A stretch of 64,000 nucleotides of DNA from a virus (lineage: Duplodnaviria; Caudoviricetes), in IMG/VR virus record IMGVR_UViG_2706796752_000001, positions 94,101 to 158,100 of that record, one strand, 5' to 3'. The notes beneath the pieces are model-generated. The model was given only the letters and a program-made list of their open reading frames with translations. It searched no databases and was not told the DNA's origin. Below are positions 10,937 through 21,424 of this stretch, one piece after another. The position numbers were made by a program, and so were the translations under genes. Position 1 is the stretch's first letter, and every line of letters starts with the position of its first letter.

Positions 10937-10982
10937 TCTCTTCTTTTTTTTTATTGACAAACTATTAATAGTGTGATAGAAT
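10925..10982 (+). promoter_or_regulatory. Terminator plus sigma-A promoter
   Basis: GAAGAGA/TCTCTTC plus T-run; TTGACA(10954)-17-TAGAAT(10977). Confidence 0.8.
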
Positions 10983-11012
10983 CGTATTATATCAAACAAG
11001 GAGGAGATTTAC

Positions 11013-11375
11013 ATGGCATTATCATTAACTTTCACAGACCACTTAGGGTGTAAGTTTGAATTAGAGGATGGGGCGCACGATTTATACGCATCGTTGCTAA
11101 TGACAGATACATCAGATGGAGAATCAGCAAATGTTATGTTGAACGAGCAGCGTGTACACATGATTATTTCTACGTTACTTCAATCGCGATGGGGTAAGAC
11201 ATATACCGTACCTAATCTATATGATTATACGCTAGAAGAGTTAGAGGACTTTATTGAGAAACAAAAGCAACACAAAATTGAAGAAGCTAAGAAGAAGCTA
11301 GACATCGCGTTAAAAGATGCATATGAAGCTGGCGTAGACTACGAAGATATCTTAGATGCGGCGAAGAACTTCTGA
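11013..11375 (+). CDS. Hypothetical protein (possible member of the promoter-proximal paralog family)
   Basis: ANVMLNEQRVHMII strand-helix pattern; first gene after a promoter. Confidence 0.6.
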   Translation: MALSLTFTDHLGCKFELEDGAHDLYASLLMTDTSDGESANVMLNEQRVHMIISTLLQSRWGKTYTVPNLYDYTLEELEDFIEKQKQHKIEEAKKKLDIALKDAYEAGVDYEDILDAAKNF

Positions 11376-12028
11376 TGAACAAGAAGATAGCGTACGTATC
11401 TAAAATCCGAAGACCTCTAACATCAACCGTAACATTCTTAGCTACAGATACATTTACAGGTAAACAATATATCAAGACATATCCACTAACAGAAATAATC
11501 ATGATGGAGGGTTACTATCATATTATCGGGGATATGACAGGAAGTAACGATAGAAGCAAATTCGTGTTACGTGTGCTACCTAACCAAACTAAACTACCAT
11601 TCTATGTTTATGACCCTTATGAAAATGAGATTACACTGCATGATAGTGCAGCAGTGTTCGCAGATGATAATCGATTATCCCGTAACTCTGTAAGTAAGGT
11701 GTTAAACAAGGAGTGGGAACAGATAATGGGTTGGAGAATGTGGTACGTAGGCGATACACCTCCAGCATATATGATAAAAGGTGTAGAAAAAGGAGGAGAA
11801 GTCCACAAAGCGGATACATGGGCAGAGCTAGCAGTCAAGATTGATGTATCAAAACAAGCGCTATCTAACGGATATCGAGAAGGTAGACGTGTTATGGGAT
11901 GGGATGTTTTCTATGAGACTAGGGATTTAGCTAAAATGGCAGCTTGTTTCGAAGTATCACAAGAGTTTCAAGAAAGTGTTGACATTATCCAGAATCCATG
12001 TTATAGTGAGGAGGTAGAACATGCGTAA
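11375..12028 (+). CDS. Protein with NUMOD1/IENR-like DNA-binding repeats
   Basis: Two repeats: HDSAAVFADDNRLSRNSVSKVLNK..IMGW and DTWAELAVKIDVSKQALSNGYRE..VMGW. Confidence 0.55.
   Translation: MNKKIAYVSKIRRPLTSTVTFLATDTFTGKQYIKTYPLTEIIMMEGYYHIIGDMTGSNDRSKFVLRVLPNQTKLPFYVYDPYENEITLHDSAAVFADDNRLSRNSVSKVLNKEWEQIMGWRMWYVGDTPPAYMIKGVEKGGEVHKADTWAELAVKIDVSKQALSNGYREGRRVMGWDVFYETRDLAKMAACFEVSQEFQESVDIIQNPCYSEEVEHA
11979..12007 (+). promoter_or_regulatory. Sigma-A promoter inside the 3' end of the 11375 ORF
   Basis: TTGACA-17-TATAGT with extended TG. Confidence 0.7.
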
Positions 12029-12281
12029 ACAGATTGATTGTTTTGACATAGATGGTACGGACAAGGCTTACGTAGCTGTATCCGGTTATGTTGAAGAACG
12101 TAAGGATAAAACGCTTGAGGCTAGCATAGAACTAGACATAACCGATTACATTTACGAGAGCGGTCTCATCTATCTACATCCATCTAATGCTAGAGAGATG
12201 GGAAGGAAATTGATAGAATTAGCAAATAAAACGGAGGAGGAGTTTATTAAATGCCAACTTGTAGACAAGAAACAACGTTGA
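12021..12281 (+). CDS. Hypothetical protein, Cys-x-Asp paralog family
   Basis: IDCFDIDGTDKAYV...IYLHPSNAREMGRKL. Confidence 0.7.
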   Translation: MRKQIDCFDIDGTDKAYVAVSGYVEERKDKTLEASIELDITDYIYESGLIYLHPSNAREMGRKLIELANKTEEEFIKCQLVDKKQR

Positions 12282-13907
12282 CAATGTTACGACATGCACA
12301 AGACGATGAGCCTACATGGATTATTCATCAAGCTAATGGTAACGAGGTTGACCGAGGAACAGGTGAGTTTATCTTCAAACGAGGACGAACTTACACGTTA
12401 GATGGGACAAGGTATATCGTATCCGACATCGGACATGGTAGAGAAGGGTTGATGAACATATGTAAAGTCCATTTCTCTACATTCCTTGATAGAGTCCATG
12501 GTGGCGAGATTACCGAACTATTAAAATCGGATAGGAGTGTGTAGCATGCATATGGATAAAGAAAGACGGTTAACGATAACGGAGGTTAGACTTAAAGGAG
12601 ATGAGTATAACTACTCTTGGGTTTTACGAGGGGATGAAGGTATCATAAAGTATGGACATACTACAGATAAATCCCATGAAGACCTTAGAAAGGGTAAATT
12701 AGTTAACATTGACGGTGTTATGTACATCGTTACTAGGGCTACAGCTGAGGTGCTAGATTCAAGTATAATCAAGACCGAGTTATTCTTCTTAGAAGTTGAT
12801 GATGACCAATGGGTTATTAAATTCGAAGATAAAGTGAAAGGTGGAAGATAATATGAAAGCTATTTATATTGGAGAAGAAGAGTTTTACTATGAAGGTGGA
12901 AAGAAGGTCTTTCAATTTAAGAAGAATCACATCTATCAATCTATTAAGCGATGTCACACAGAGTGGGCTAACTTAACGGAAGAAGAGTTCTTAAAAATAA
13001 TGAACGAAACTGATGTGGATGATGAGTACGAAGAAAGCACAGAAGGGTATCTTATCTTCATCGATGAAGAAGGACGACCTGTAGTAGTAGATAACGGTTA
13101 CTGGCAGAAAGTATTCTATATTTTATAAGGGGGAGTTAACATGTACGGTCACATTTGCGACGAGTGTATGTACAAGCATAAAGATATTGTAGATAAGAAG
13201 ATTAGTAAAGGTGTGTTCCTTCTACTATTACCCGTAACACCGGAGGACTGTGACCTTTGGTACATGCATAACGATGAGGAAACGGAGGAGGAAGAATGCT
13301 AAAGTACATCGGAGAGACTAACGAACACTTTATCAAAGGTAAGTTATATGAGGAGGTTCTACTAGCTAAGTCACATTGGGCTAATGTACTACTAAAAGAT
13401 ATCGCGAAGAAACTAGACACCGATATAACAGAAGCGCACAGAGCTAGAACCATAATCTCAGAGACTGGTGAACATGTATTAATGACTGTAGAACAAGCAT
13501 TAGAGAAGTTTGTTATTATGCAAAAACCTACGCTAAAACTAAGAACTAGATTAAGAGATAACTTGGAACAGACAGGTGAGATTTATCGTGAACAACGAAG
13601 AATCTTGCAGGACCTGTTAGAGAACCATGTGGTTTACACGAATCTAACATTCTGGTATGGTTACGAGGATGAAAGGAACGGTGGGTTTGATACAAAGGTA
13701 GAAGCTATCGTAGAGGAAGATAGTGAATCGTTCCGTATTGAGTTCTATGACAGAAAATCAATACGAGTAAAGTACTGGGTTTATGTCGAAGACTTCTTAG
13801 ATAAGTTCGACTTTGTACCACTAAAGGAAGGGAACGGTCCTCTAAAAGACAGCTTAGATTACAGTTTATTACAAGACTACGTAGAACCAGAGGAGGATTT
13901 CGAGTGA
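12251..13907 (+). CDS. Hypothetical proteins: paralog pair 12251-12544/12537-12851 and paralog pair 12853-13128/13296-13907
   Basis: GRTYTLDGTRYIV versus GKLVNIDGVMYIV; YIGE..F.K...Y...WAN shared by the second pair. Confidence 0.6.
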
Positions 13908-14395
13908 ACATTCCAGTAGACTTCCTCGACTTCGATGAGATTACTATCAAAGACACAAATGGGTTAGTAGAATCATTCGATTTACGAGAAGAGTTAAAAA
14001 TTAACCCTGTCAACTTGCAGGAGGAAATGTTAGAACAACCTGTTAAATACGTCTATTGGTCCGCACTGCATGAGAAAGTACGATACCTACTAGAACGCCA
14101 AGAACTTAAGTTAGAACAGATTGTAGCCACGCTAGACGCCGCAGCGAGAGCGGAGATTAAGTCTAAAGGAGAGAAACCTACAAAAGATGCTGTAGATGCG
14201 TACGTAAAGACTAGAACAGAGTATGACCAGCAGCGTAAACGTGTAATCGAATTTGAACAGATTCTAGGTCGTACATCTCGTATCGTAAAGGCATTCGAGC
14301 AGCGCAGTAACATGCTGCAATCTATCGGTAAGCAGTTAGCTAACGAAGGTCAATACGGTCATAAAGCAGGGAGTGTGTTCACTCATGGCAATTAA
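13904..14395 (+). CDS. UvsY-like recombination mediator
   Basis: Helical coiled protein ELKIN..NL.EE...QP..Y.YW...T.DAV.A...AFEQR..ML; upstream of SSB and RecA. Confidence 0.65.
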   Translation: MNIPVDFLDFDEITIKDTNGLVESFDLREELKINPVNLQEEMLEQPVKYVYWSALHEKVRYLLERQELKLEQIVATLDAAARAEIKSKGEKPTKDAVDAYVKTRTEYDQQRKRVIEFEQILGRTSRIVKAFEQRSNMLQSIGKQLANEGQYGHKAGSVFTHGN

Positions 14396-14808
14396 AGAGA
14401 AAATGACGTCTGAGCAAAAGGTGTACTTCTATTATGGGTACGCCTACCGCTTAGCGCAGGAGGCAAAGCAGGACGGATGCTTCCCAGATATGACAGACAT
14501 GCAGCTATGTGAAATGTTTTTAGAAGAGTTAGTGATTCCTAAATTGGAGGCGAAACAGAAGTATGAGCACTTACGACGGAGCGTATTCAACCAATAGAGG
14601 GACGATATATAAAGGTGGGTGGAACGATGTATGTATATGTGAAGATGGGGAATTATCTTCTAACTGCACGAAGTGTACGCACAACATGGACGGTACGAAG
14701 AAGCCCGACAGCGTTATAAATGACCTTAGAAAAGCTAGAGAGATTCTAGAAAGTAATAGAATACAAAAGGAACTATCTTTACTAGATAACTAATAGGAGG
14801 GTTTTATT

Positions 14809-15210
14809 ATGAAAAAGAAGATTATTGCAGGTTTAGTAGCATTAATGGCTTTAACAGGATTAGTAGCGTGCTCAAATGAGGCGGATACTGTTTCTAGAAA
14901 TCTATCAGAATCAGCAGATAACTTCGAGGTACAACGTCGAGTAGTGTTCTTTAACGGTATTACAGATAAGTATCTGTTATCTATTGAAGGTCTATGCGCT
15001 ATGGACGCTTCAGATGCTAAGAAAGTTACTGTGACATGTAAGACGAAAGACAACACGTATAAGAAGCACTATCTAGGTCTTAGCGATAATGTAAGTTACT
15101 TCATCGAACAAACAGATGCTAAGTATGAAGATGCGTATCATTATAAAGTTGTATTCCGTCCAGAAGAGATTATCCCAGATATCAAGATTCGTACTAGTGG
15201 TGATAAGTAA
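14809..15210 (+). CDS. Phage lipoprotein
   Basis: Signal peptide with lipobox LVAC; RRVVFFNGITDKYLLSIEG signature. Confidence 0.75.
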   Translation: MKKKIIAGLVALMALTGLVACSNEADTVSRNLSESADNFEVQRRVVFFNGITDKYLLSIEGLCAMDASDAKKVTVTCKTKDNTYKKHYLGLSDNVSYFIEQTDAKYEDAYHYKVVFRPEEIIPDIKIRTSGDK

Positions 15211-15353
15211 TGAGTACGAAAATTAAGACAGAAGAGTGCGCTACTTGCGGAGGTAGCGGCTTTTCTGGTTATGGGACAGGCTATGATGCAGTATGTGACA
15301 ATTGTGGAGGGGCAGGTGAATTACCGTGTTATCCGAAATCCAAAGAATGCTAG
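15210..15353 (+). CDS. 47-aa DnaJ-type Zn-finger microprotein
   Basis: CATCGGSG...CDNCGGAG; not in the ORF track. Confidence 0.6.
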   Translation: MSTKIKTEECATCGGSGFSGYGTGYDAVCDNCGGAGELPCYPKSKEC

Positions 15354-15670
15354 ATATGTATGATGCAGACGAGTATACACGTGAGGAGGTAATAGAGTGT
15401 ATTATCGATAAAGTAGTAGACTATGCGCTATCTGATGAAGGTGCAGAATGGGCATTAGAGTATTTAGAAAGTAAATTAAAAAATACCACAATGTAGTTAC
15501 CTTTTTACTAGATTAATGGTATATAGAAATAGTAAGAAGGGATTCTTACAAACTACTAAAAGGAGGGTAGAGGTACACAGAGAGACGGAAAAGGTAGCTA
15601 AACCCTTTTAAACAGCTGTCCCAAAGAGGACGTAAAAAACCAAAATTATAAAACAAGGGAGAAATGAATA

Positions 15671-16744
15671 ATGGTAAACTTTGCAGATATTATTGAACAA
15701 CAACGTAAGGAATTAGAAGGTTCTGGAGGCGGACGTGGAGGTTCTGGTAACAGCGGTAACAATCCTAAGGTTGTTTATCCTACAGCTAAACATAAACGTC
15801 TATTCTTAAGTAAGGAAGAACCGGAAGTATTCATTCAAATCTTACCATCGGCTGATTTATTTGGTAAGTTTGCAGAACACTGCCGTAAAATCTTCTTATC
15901 GGCAACAACTAAGAACCAAAAGAAACTATCTAATACTTTCACTTTAACAGGCAAGAAAGATGGTAGCCTATTCTTAGATGCTAAGATTGATGAATGGACA
16001 GCGAAAGAAATGATTCCTACTCCATTCGGCGGACAACAAAAACCTAAACAATTCTTCACGATTAACTGTGTTAAAATCATTGAAAATCCAGATGGTACTC
16101 AGTTCCAAGAACGTGATGAGAAAGGTAAATTAGTTGTTCGATTATTCGATGTGCCTCACTCAGCTATGAAAACTATCAATGCAGCGTTAACTGATAAGCG
16201 TTTAGCTGGCGGTCGTCAGTTATCATTCTTAGACCCTAACGCAGGTTCACCAGTCTTAATCCAGAAACCTAAACAAGGTCAAATGGAAGCCCCTGTTACA
16301 GTTTACCAAAACCAGCTACCTCCGCTAGGAGAAGGATGGCAGAATGAACTGGAAGATTTATCATTCCACGGTCGTGCAACTGAGTTATTAGAAAATGGGT
16401 TAAACTGGGTACAACGATTTGCGGATGTTATGGAAGGGAAAAATAGTAACGACCCTGATTCAAACGTAACTAAAGAAGGTGGTCAATCAGCACCTGCTAC
16501 TACTAACCAACCAGTAACACCAACAAACACTGCACCAGCTACAAATCCTTACACAACTCAAGCAGCAACTACACAAACTCAACCTGTTAAAGCAGCTCCA
16601 GCAGCTCCTGCTAAAACAGAAGAAGTTAAAGTAGACGACCTAGAAGGCGTTGACTTAGATACACCTCTTGGTGATACAGAGATTGACTTAGGTGATTTAG
16701 ATGCTGTCGACATCGACGCGCTAATCAATGAGGCAGGACTGTAA
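15671..16744 (+). CDS. Single-stranded DNA-binding protein (gp32-like)
   Basis: IQILPS..INCV OB-fold core, Pro/Thr linker, acidic tail; lies between UvsY-like and RecA genes. Confidence 0.75.
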   Translation: MVNFADIIEQQRKELEGSGGGRGGSGNSGNNPKVVYPTAKHKRLFLSKEEPEVFIQILPSADLFGKFAEHCRKIFLSATTKNQKKLSNTFTLTGKKDGSLFLDAKIDEWTAKEMIPTPFGGQQKPKQFFTINCVKIIENPDGTQFQERDEKGKLVVRLFDVPHSAMKTINAALTDKRLAGGRQLSFLDPNAGSPVLIQKPKQGQMEAPVTVYQNQLPPLGEGWQNELEDLSFHGRATELLENGLNWVQRFADVMEGKNSNDPDSNVTKEGGQSAPATTNQPVTPTNTAPATNPYTTQAATTQTQPVKAAPAAPAKTEEVKVDDLEGVDLDTPLGDTEIDLGDLDAVDIDALINEAGL

Positions 16745-16802
16745 GAGTAGGGTAACACCTACTCTCCTCTTTTGAGGAAATACAACACTAGGAGGAAATT
16801 AA

Positions 16803-18053
16803 ATGGCAAAAGCGAAAGTTAAAGGTAAAGGACCTATTTTAGATTTAACAGCGGATTTCGATTTAAGTGAGTTAACAAGTGAATCTGACGGTCTAGTATT
16901 ATTACAAGACTCTGGATTTGCAGAAGTAAAAGATTGGCTACCTACATTCTTCCCTCGATTAGACCGAGCTCTTGGTGGAGGATTACCTTTCGGTCGTATG
17001 ATTGAGATTGCGGGTATTCCGTCTGGCGGTAAATCAACAATGACCCATCACATTGCACGTGTAGCATCTCAATTAGGCTGTATCGTTGTACTAATCGATG
17101 TAGAGGGTACAAGCGATAAGGTCCGATTAACAACGTTAGGTATTAACACGAAGAAGATTATGATTAAGGAGCCGGATGCTAAAGCAGGTCGTCCGTTAAC
17201 AATCGAGGAAGTTGGTAAAACAGTTGCTAAAACTCTTAAAACTTTCGAAGAGAAAGCGCCTAATCGTCCAATCGTTTACATCTGGGATTCATTAGGACAA
17301 ACCCCTTCAATTGTACAGTACGAGAAAGATTTTGGTGAGAAGGATGTCGGCGCTAAGGCTAACGCTCTAGCTCAGATGTGTACAAAGTTATCACCTTTAA
17401 TCGCAGAATCTAAAGCAATGTTTATCGGTATCAACCAAGTACGTGACGATATTGGTGGTATGAGCTTTGTAAAACAATACAAAACTCCGGGTGGTAAAGC
17501 TTGGGAACACGCGATGTCACAACGTTGGGAAGTTAAACAGAAGAAAGCTATTAAGAAGACAATCAAAGGTAAGGAAGAGCGTATTGGACATATTGCAGGT
17601 ATTCGTACTCGTAAAAACAAAGTAGCTCGTCCGATGCAAGAAGAGGACATTTTCTTAATTGCTGATACTGGATTCGATTATGAGTATAACTTAGTTCACC
17701 AAGGTATCGACGCTGGTATCGCTAAACAATCTGGACAAAGTTACATCTACATTGACCTTAAAGGTAATGAACATAAGATGCAAACAGCTAGATTCCTAGA
17801 TTGGTTACGTGATGAAGAAGAAGGTAATAAGGTACGAGCGGAGATTCTTAATCGATTAATCTGGGAAGAGTTCGGTAGCAAAGGTGAGCCTTATCCAGCT
17901 TCTAATAACTCTATCTTGAAACTCGACAACTGGATTGACCCTATCTACGATATCAGTGATATCACACCAGATGAGGAAGCTCCAGAAGACGACGATGATG
18001 ATGAGCTAAGTGAAATTGACTCAGAAAAATTAAATGCAGTACTAGACTTATAG
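16803..18053 (+). CDS. recA: RecA/UvsX-family recombinase
   Basis: LDRALGGGLPFGRMIEIAGIPSGGKST Walker A, WDS, INQVR, TPGGKA. Confidence 0.95.
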   Translation: MAKAKVKGKGPILDLTADFDLSELTSESDGLVLLQDSGFAEVKDWLPTFFPRLDRALGGGLPFGRMIEIAGIPSGGKSTMTHHIARVASQLGCIVVLIDVEGTSDKVRLTTLGINTKKIMIKEPDAKAGRPLTIEEVGKTVAKTLKTFEEKAPNRPIVYIWDSLGQTPSIVQYEKDFGEKDVGAKANALAQMCTKLSPLIAESKAMFIGINQVRDDIGGMSFVKQYKTPGGKAWEHAMSQRWEVKQKKAIKKTIKGKEERIGHIAGIRTRKNKVARPMQEEDIFLIADTGFDYEYNLVHQGIDAGIAKQSGQSYIYIDLKGNEHKMQTARFLDWLRDEEEGNKVRAEILNRLIWEEFGSKGEPYPASNNSILKLDNWIDPIYDISDITPDEEAPEDDDDDELSEIDSEKLNAVLDL

Positions 18054-18096
18054 AGAGAGGGGGTTTCCTCTCTCTTGATTTTTAAGGAGGGGTTAG

Positions 18097-18456
18097 ATGA
18101 AAGTAACGAAGGCATCAAACATGGACTTAGTAACAGAACTACTAGAAACGTATAGAGAGCGATTAGAAGTCACATCCTATGAAGCCCCAACTTCATACTC
18201 GGTGGTAAAAGAAGAGATGGAACACTTGATTTCTAAGAAACTACCTGTTATAGTAGAAGTAAAGACAGCCTACGCTGTTCAAACGTCTGTTATGCATCTT
18301 ACAAAAGCATTCGATAGATGGGCTACAGGGTACGCTGAGGGGTACATTGAAGGTGAGTTAGTTAAGATACCTCAAACAATCCATTACTCAGATATCTTGT
18401 GTAAGAAGACGGGTGTAAAAACAATATCGAAAGGAATGTTGCCGGATGGATTCTAG
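18097..18456 (+). CDS. Hypothetical protein between recA and the sigma factor
   Basis: RBS-supported ORF in a syntenic position typical of SPO1/K-like phages. Confidence 0.65.
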   Translation: MKVTKASNMDLVTELLETYRERLEVTSYEAPTSYSVVKEEMEHLISKKLPVIVEVKTAYAVQTSVMHLTKAFDRWATGYAEGYIEGELVKIPQTIHYSDILCKKTGVKTISKGMLPDGF

Positions 18457-18467
18457 CAGTGGAGTAA

Positions 18468-19124
18468 ATGAGTAGAGACTTAGAAAAAGAAGCAAATAAG
18501 ATTTTAAATGGTGCTGGTTTCCTTAAGAACATAGAGGAGACTAGCGGTGTGTTCTCACGTGACCCAGAGCAGTTATTTCACCAATACAAGAATCTGAGAG
18601 TATCAGTGTACAATAAGTACAAAGGATACATTCCAGATGAAGCTACTAGAGCGGAATTAATGTCATATATCTCTGAACAGTTTCTACGACTAGTTAAAGA
18701 GTATGATATTAATGGTCCGGTAGACTTCCCGTTCTACGTAGATAACAAGTTAAAGCTCCGTGTCAAGAACAGCTTCATCAAGAATAACTACAGAGACAAG
18801 AGCCGCGTATTCACTACGAAACACGACTTCGATGTAACGGATTTAATAGAGATGAACGAATCTATGGATTCATTACTAGAGGAAATGGAAGTATTAGAGG
18901 CTGCCTTATACGGAGTTAAACTAGATGAGATTGACAGAGATATCTTAACATTACTAGTTCGTGAAAATACAGACAGCTACATCATTAAGATTCTAGTAGC
19001 TAAGTACGCTAGAGATGGTGCAGTACCTGCATTACTCATAGAAGAGAAGCTAGCAGACTTGAAAGAATTGTTACGAACTAGACTACATGAAATGATAAGG
19101 GAGCGAAGTAACCATGTTGGTTAG
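18468..19124 (+). CDS. Phage RNA polymerase sigma factor (middle/late)
   Basis: Region-2-like EQFLRLVKEYD...DFPFYV; position two genes after recA. Confidence 0.75.
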   Translation: MSRDLEKEANKILNGAGFLKNIEETSGVFSRDPEQLFHQYKNLRVSVYNKYKGYIPDEATRAELMSYISEQFLRLVKEYDINGPVDFPFYVDNKLKLRVKNSFIKNNYRDKSRVFTTKHDFDVTDLIEMNESMDSLLEEMEVLEAALYGVKLDEIDRDILTLLVRENTDSYIIKILVAKYARDGAVPALLIEEKLADLKELLRTRLHEMIRERSNHVG

Positions 19125-19589
19125 ATACTATGACGAGTTACATGAAGTAGAACGTATCGACTTCAGCGACAACACAGTATTGCTTACACCTCGCAAGGAG
19201 GGTGAACGCTCATTTTGGATTGACGTAGCTGATGTAGATTGGCGCGATTCTGGGATAGAGGTGAGTTTCTGATGAAAGCACGTGTAGAGGTAGATATCTG
19301 GTTCGATGTGGATAACTGGACGGAATCAGAGTTTAAAGATGTTATCGAAGATGCAATTGATGCATATAACGGTTCTGCTGATGTACGAGCTATTAAGCTA
19401 GTTCCTGATGAGGATGAAGCCCCTGTACAATATGTTATCGGTTATCTAGAATTCGATGGTTTTGAGCACAAGATTACCGAAACAGGTTATGATGACAAAG
19501 GTAAATACTACGATATTATCACTAAGTCTGGTGGAGTACATCGGGTATGGGATTCCTACGTCATGGTAACTAACGTACAATTACATTAA
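19114..19589 (+). CDS. Two hypothetical proteins (19114-19272, 19272-19589)
   Basis: Coupled TGATG junction at 19270-19274. Confidence 0.6.
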
Positions 19590-19603
19590 CCGCTATATTA
19601 TAG
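19590..19603 (+). promoter_or_regulatory. Putative late promoter (CCGCTATATTA)
   Basis: Same 11-mer recurs at 32533; no sigma-A -35 box; upstream of the holin. Confidence 0.5.
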
Positions 19604-19632
19604 GAAGACCCAATAGGGAAAGGATGATATAG

Positions 19633-19926
19633 ATGGAAAATAAACACGAGGTATTTGTACCTGAGGAAGCACCTAAGATTGGAGCTGCAACGATTGTTCG
19701 CTTTATCGTTTTCGGTGTTGCATTAATTAACGCGATTGCTCGTTTATGTGGGCATGAATTAGGATTAGAGATTGACCAGAACGTAGCGTACGATTTAGTA
19801 TCTGCAATCCTATTATTCGGTTCAGCTAGTCATATGGCTTGGAAGAACAACGCGGTAACAAAGCAAGCTCGATTACGAGAACATGCAGCTAAACAAATTG
19901 ATTTAGACAAAGGAGAGGTAAAATAA
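19633..19926 (+). CDS. Holin (SPP1 holin-like)
   Basis: TIVRFIVFGVALIN..two TM segments..AWKNNAVTKQA signature. Confidence 0.85.
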   Translation: MENKHEVFVPEEAPKIGAATIVRFIVFGVALINAIARLCGHELGLEIDQNVAYDLVSAILLFGSASHMAWKNNAVTKQARLREHAAKQIDLDKGEVK

Positions 19927-20396
19927 TGGCAGTAGTCAAAGTGTCAGATTTCTTAAAGAATCCAACAGCAAAATTAGCAGATGGTGATATCCTATTCGCA
20001 CATGTACGTAGTGAAGGTTACCTACCATCGTTAGAAGGTTCTACATCTTTAGCACAAGGTCAATTAGTATTCCAAGTTAAAACAGTAGGTGGAAAGAAAT
20101 CAATCCTACCAGCTTATATTGACCATCAAGCTCAAGCATTAAAGTTCAAAGACAAAGAACCAGTTGTATACGTTGACGGTACGGACATCGTGTTCCACGT
20201 AGGTCAGAACCATGTAGACAAACAACCTTACAATGGCGCTGGATTCGACAAATACACTGGTGTGAAACCAGAGGATGTCGATAAGCAAATGGTGTTAGCG
20301 TTCTTAGACTTTGCAGATAGCACATTATCACTTGGTGTTAACGACTTCCGTATCGAAGAATCAGCGGTTGAAGCTGCACCCCCTGTAACTCCTTAA
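19926..20396 (+). CDS. Putative virion-associated protein
   Basis: Co-transcribed with the holin; codon style of a highly expressed gene. Confidence 0.45.
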   Translation: MAVVKVSDFLKNPTAKLADGDILFAHVRSEGYLPSLEGSTSLAQGQLVFQVKTVGGKKSILPAYIDHQAQALKFKDKEPVVYVDGTDIVFHVGQNHVDKQPYNGAGFDKYTGVKPEDVDKQMVLAFLDFADSTLSLGVNDFRIEESAVEAAPPVTP

Positions 20397-20488
20397 AAAT
20401 AGTAGTTGACAAATTTAATAGATTATGATAAAGTAGATACTATAAACGGTATCTACTTTTTTATTGCCGTAAACAAGGAGGAGTTAGA

Positions 20489-21424
20489 ATGGACCAGTTA
20501 AAAGCAGTAAGTGAAAAAGAGCAATGGACGTTTAATCACCAGTCATGTGACTACTGGGACAATGATATGTTTGATTCTCGCGAAGAGGCTATTGTAGAGG
20601 GAGTAAGACATGCTACTGAAATGGGGTGGACAGCGTTGTTTGTAGGTAAGGTTTCTGAACCGTCTATCGGTGTTTGTGGTGACCACGCTATTGACGAGGT
20701 TCAAGAGGATGTATATGACCAGTGCGGCGAGTTTGCAGAAGGATTCTTATCAGGAGTATCCATGGATATGCGACACGAACTGAGTGATATGCTAACCGAT
20801 ACATTTATCACTTGGATGAAAAAGAATGAACTACAACCTACTTTCTTCACAATCACAGAAACAGAGGAAATTAAATTTAAGAATTATGTTGACATTACAG
20901 ACTTAGTGTGATAAGATAGATTAGTAGAATAGAAGAGGAGGGATGAAATGGGTAACTACACAGGATTACGAGCGAAGATTGTAGTGAAAGAAGAGTACTT
21001 ACCTTTAGTTGAGCACGTTATCGACAGTGATGGTGAGTGGGGCGAGGCAGTACAAGCTTTCCCTTTCGTAGAAACGTTATCGAATAAAAACCGTGGAGAC
21101 CAAGTACCTTCCATGTCACCTGCATATATGCCGGATGAATGGGGAGAACACAACGTCAACACGCTAAATAAAGAAACAAGAGAGTGGGAGATTATTTTTG
21201 CTCTTAAAAACTACGATGGTGAAATACAATGTTTCATGAACACTATCTTAGCGAAAATAGCAGAGAAAGTTATTTACATGTATGAGCATTATGAAGAGTG
21301 GGATATCGAGAAACAATACACAGTAGAAAACGGTGTGCTAACTTTTGTCAGATACCTAGATGTATACACAAGAGAACATAGGGATACACCTAAAGATAAT
21401 GTATATAAAGGATGGGGATATTAA
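20489..21424 (+). CDS. Two acidic hypothetical proteins (20489-20911, 20948-21424), each with its own sigma-A promoter
   Basis: TTGACA(20406)-17-TAAAGT and TTGACA(20889)-17-TAAGAT. Confidence 0.65.

Noticed and set aside
15589-15618. preQ1-I riboswitch
   Set aside because: The stem and AGCUA loop look similar, but the UUC ligand-binding loop start and long A-tail are missing, and the downstream gene is SSB.
15612-15640. Hammerhead ribozyme (GTCC..GGAC-GTAA)
   Set aside because: No CUGANGA core and no GAAA.
16803-18053. Intein or intron in recA, or in the visible part of the RNR beta gene
   Set aside because: The reading frames are continuous and of normal length, with no splicing motifs.
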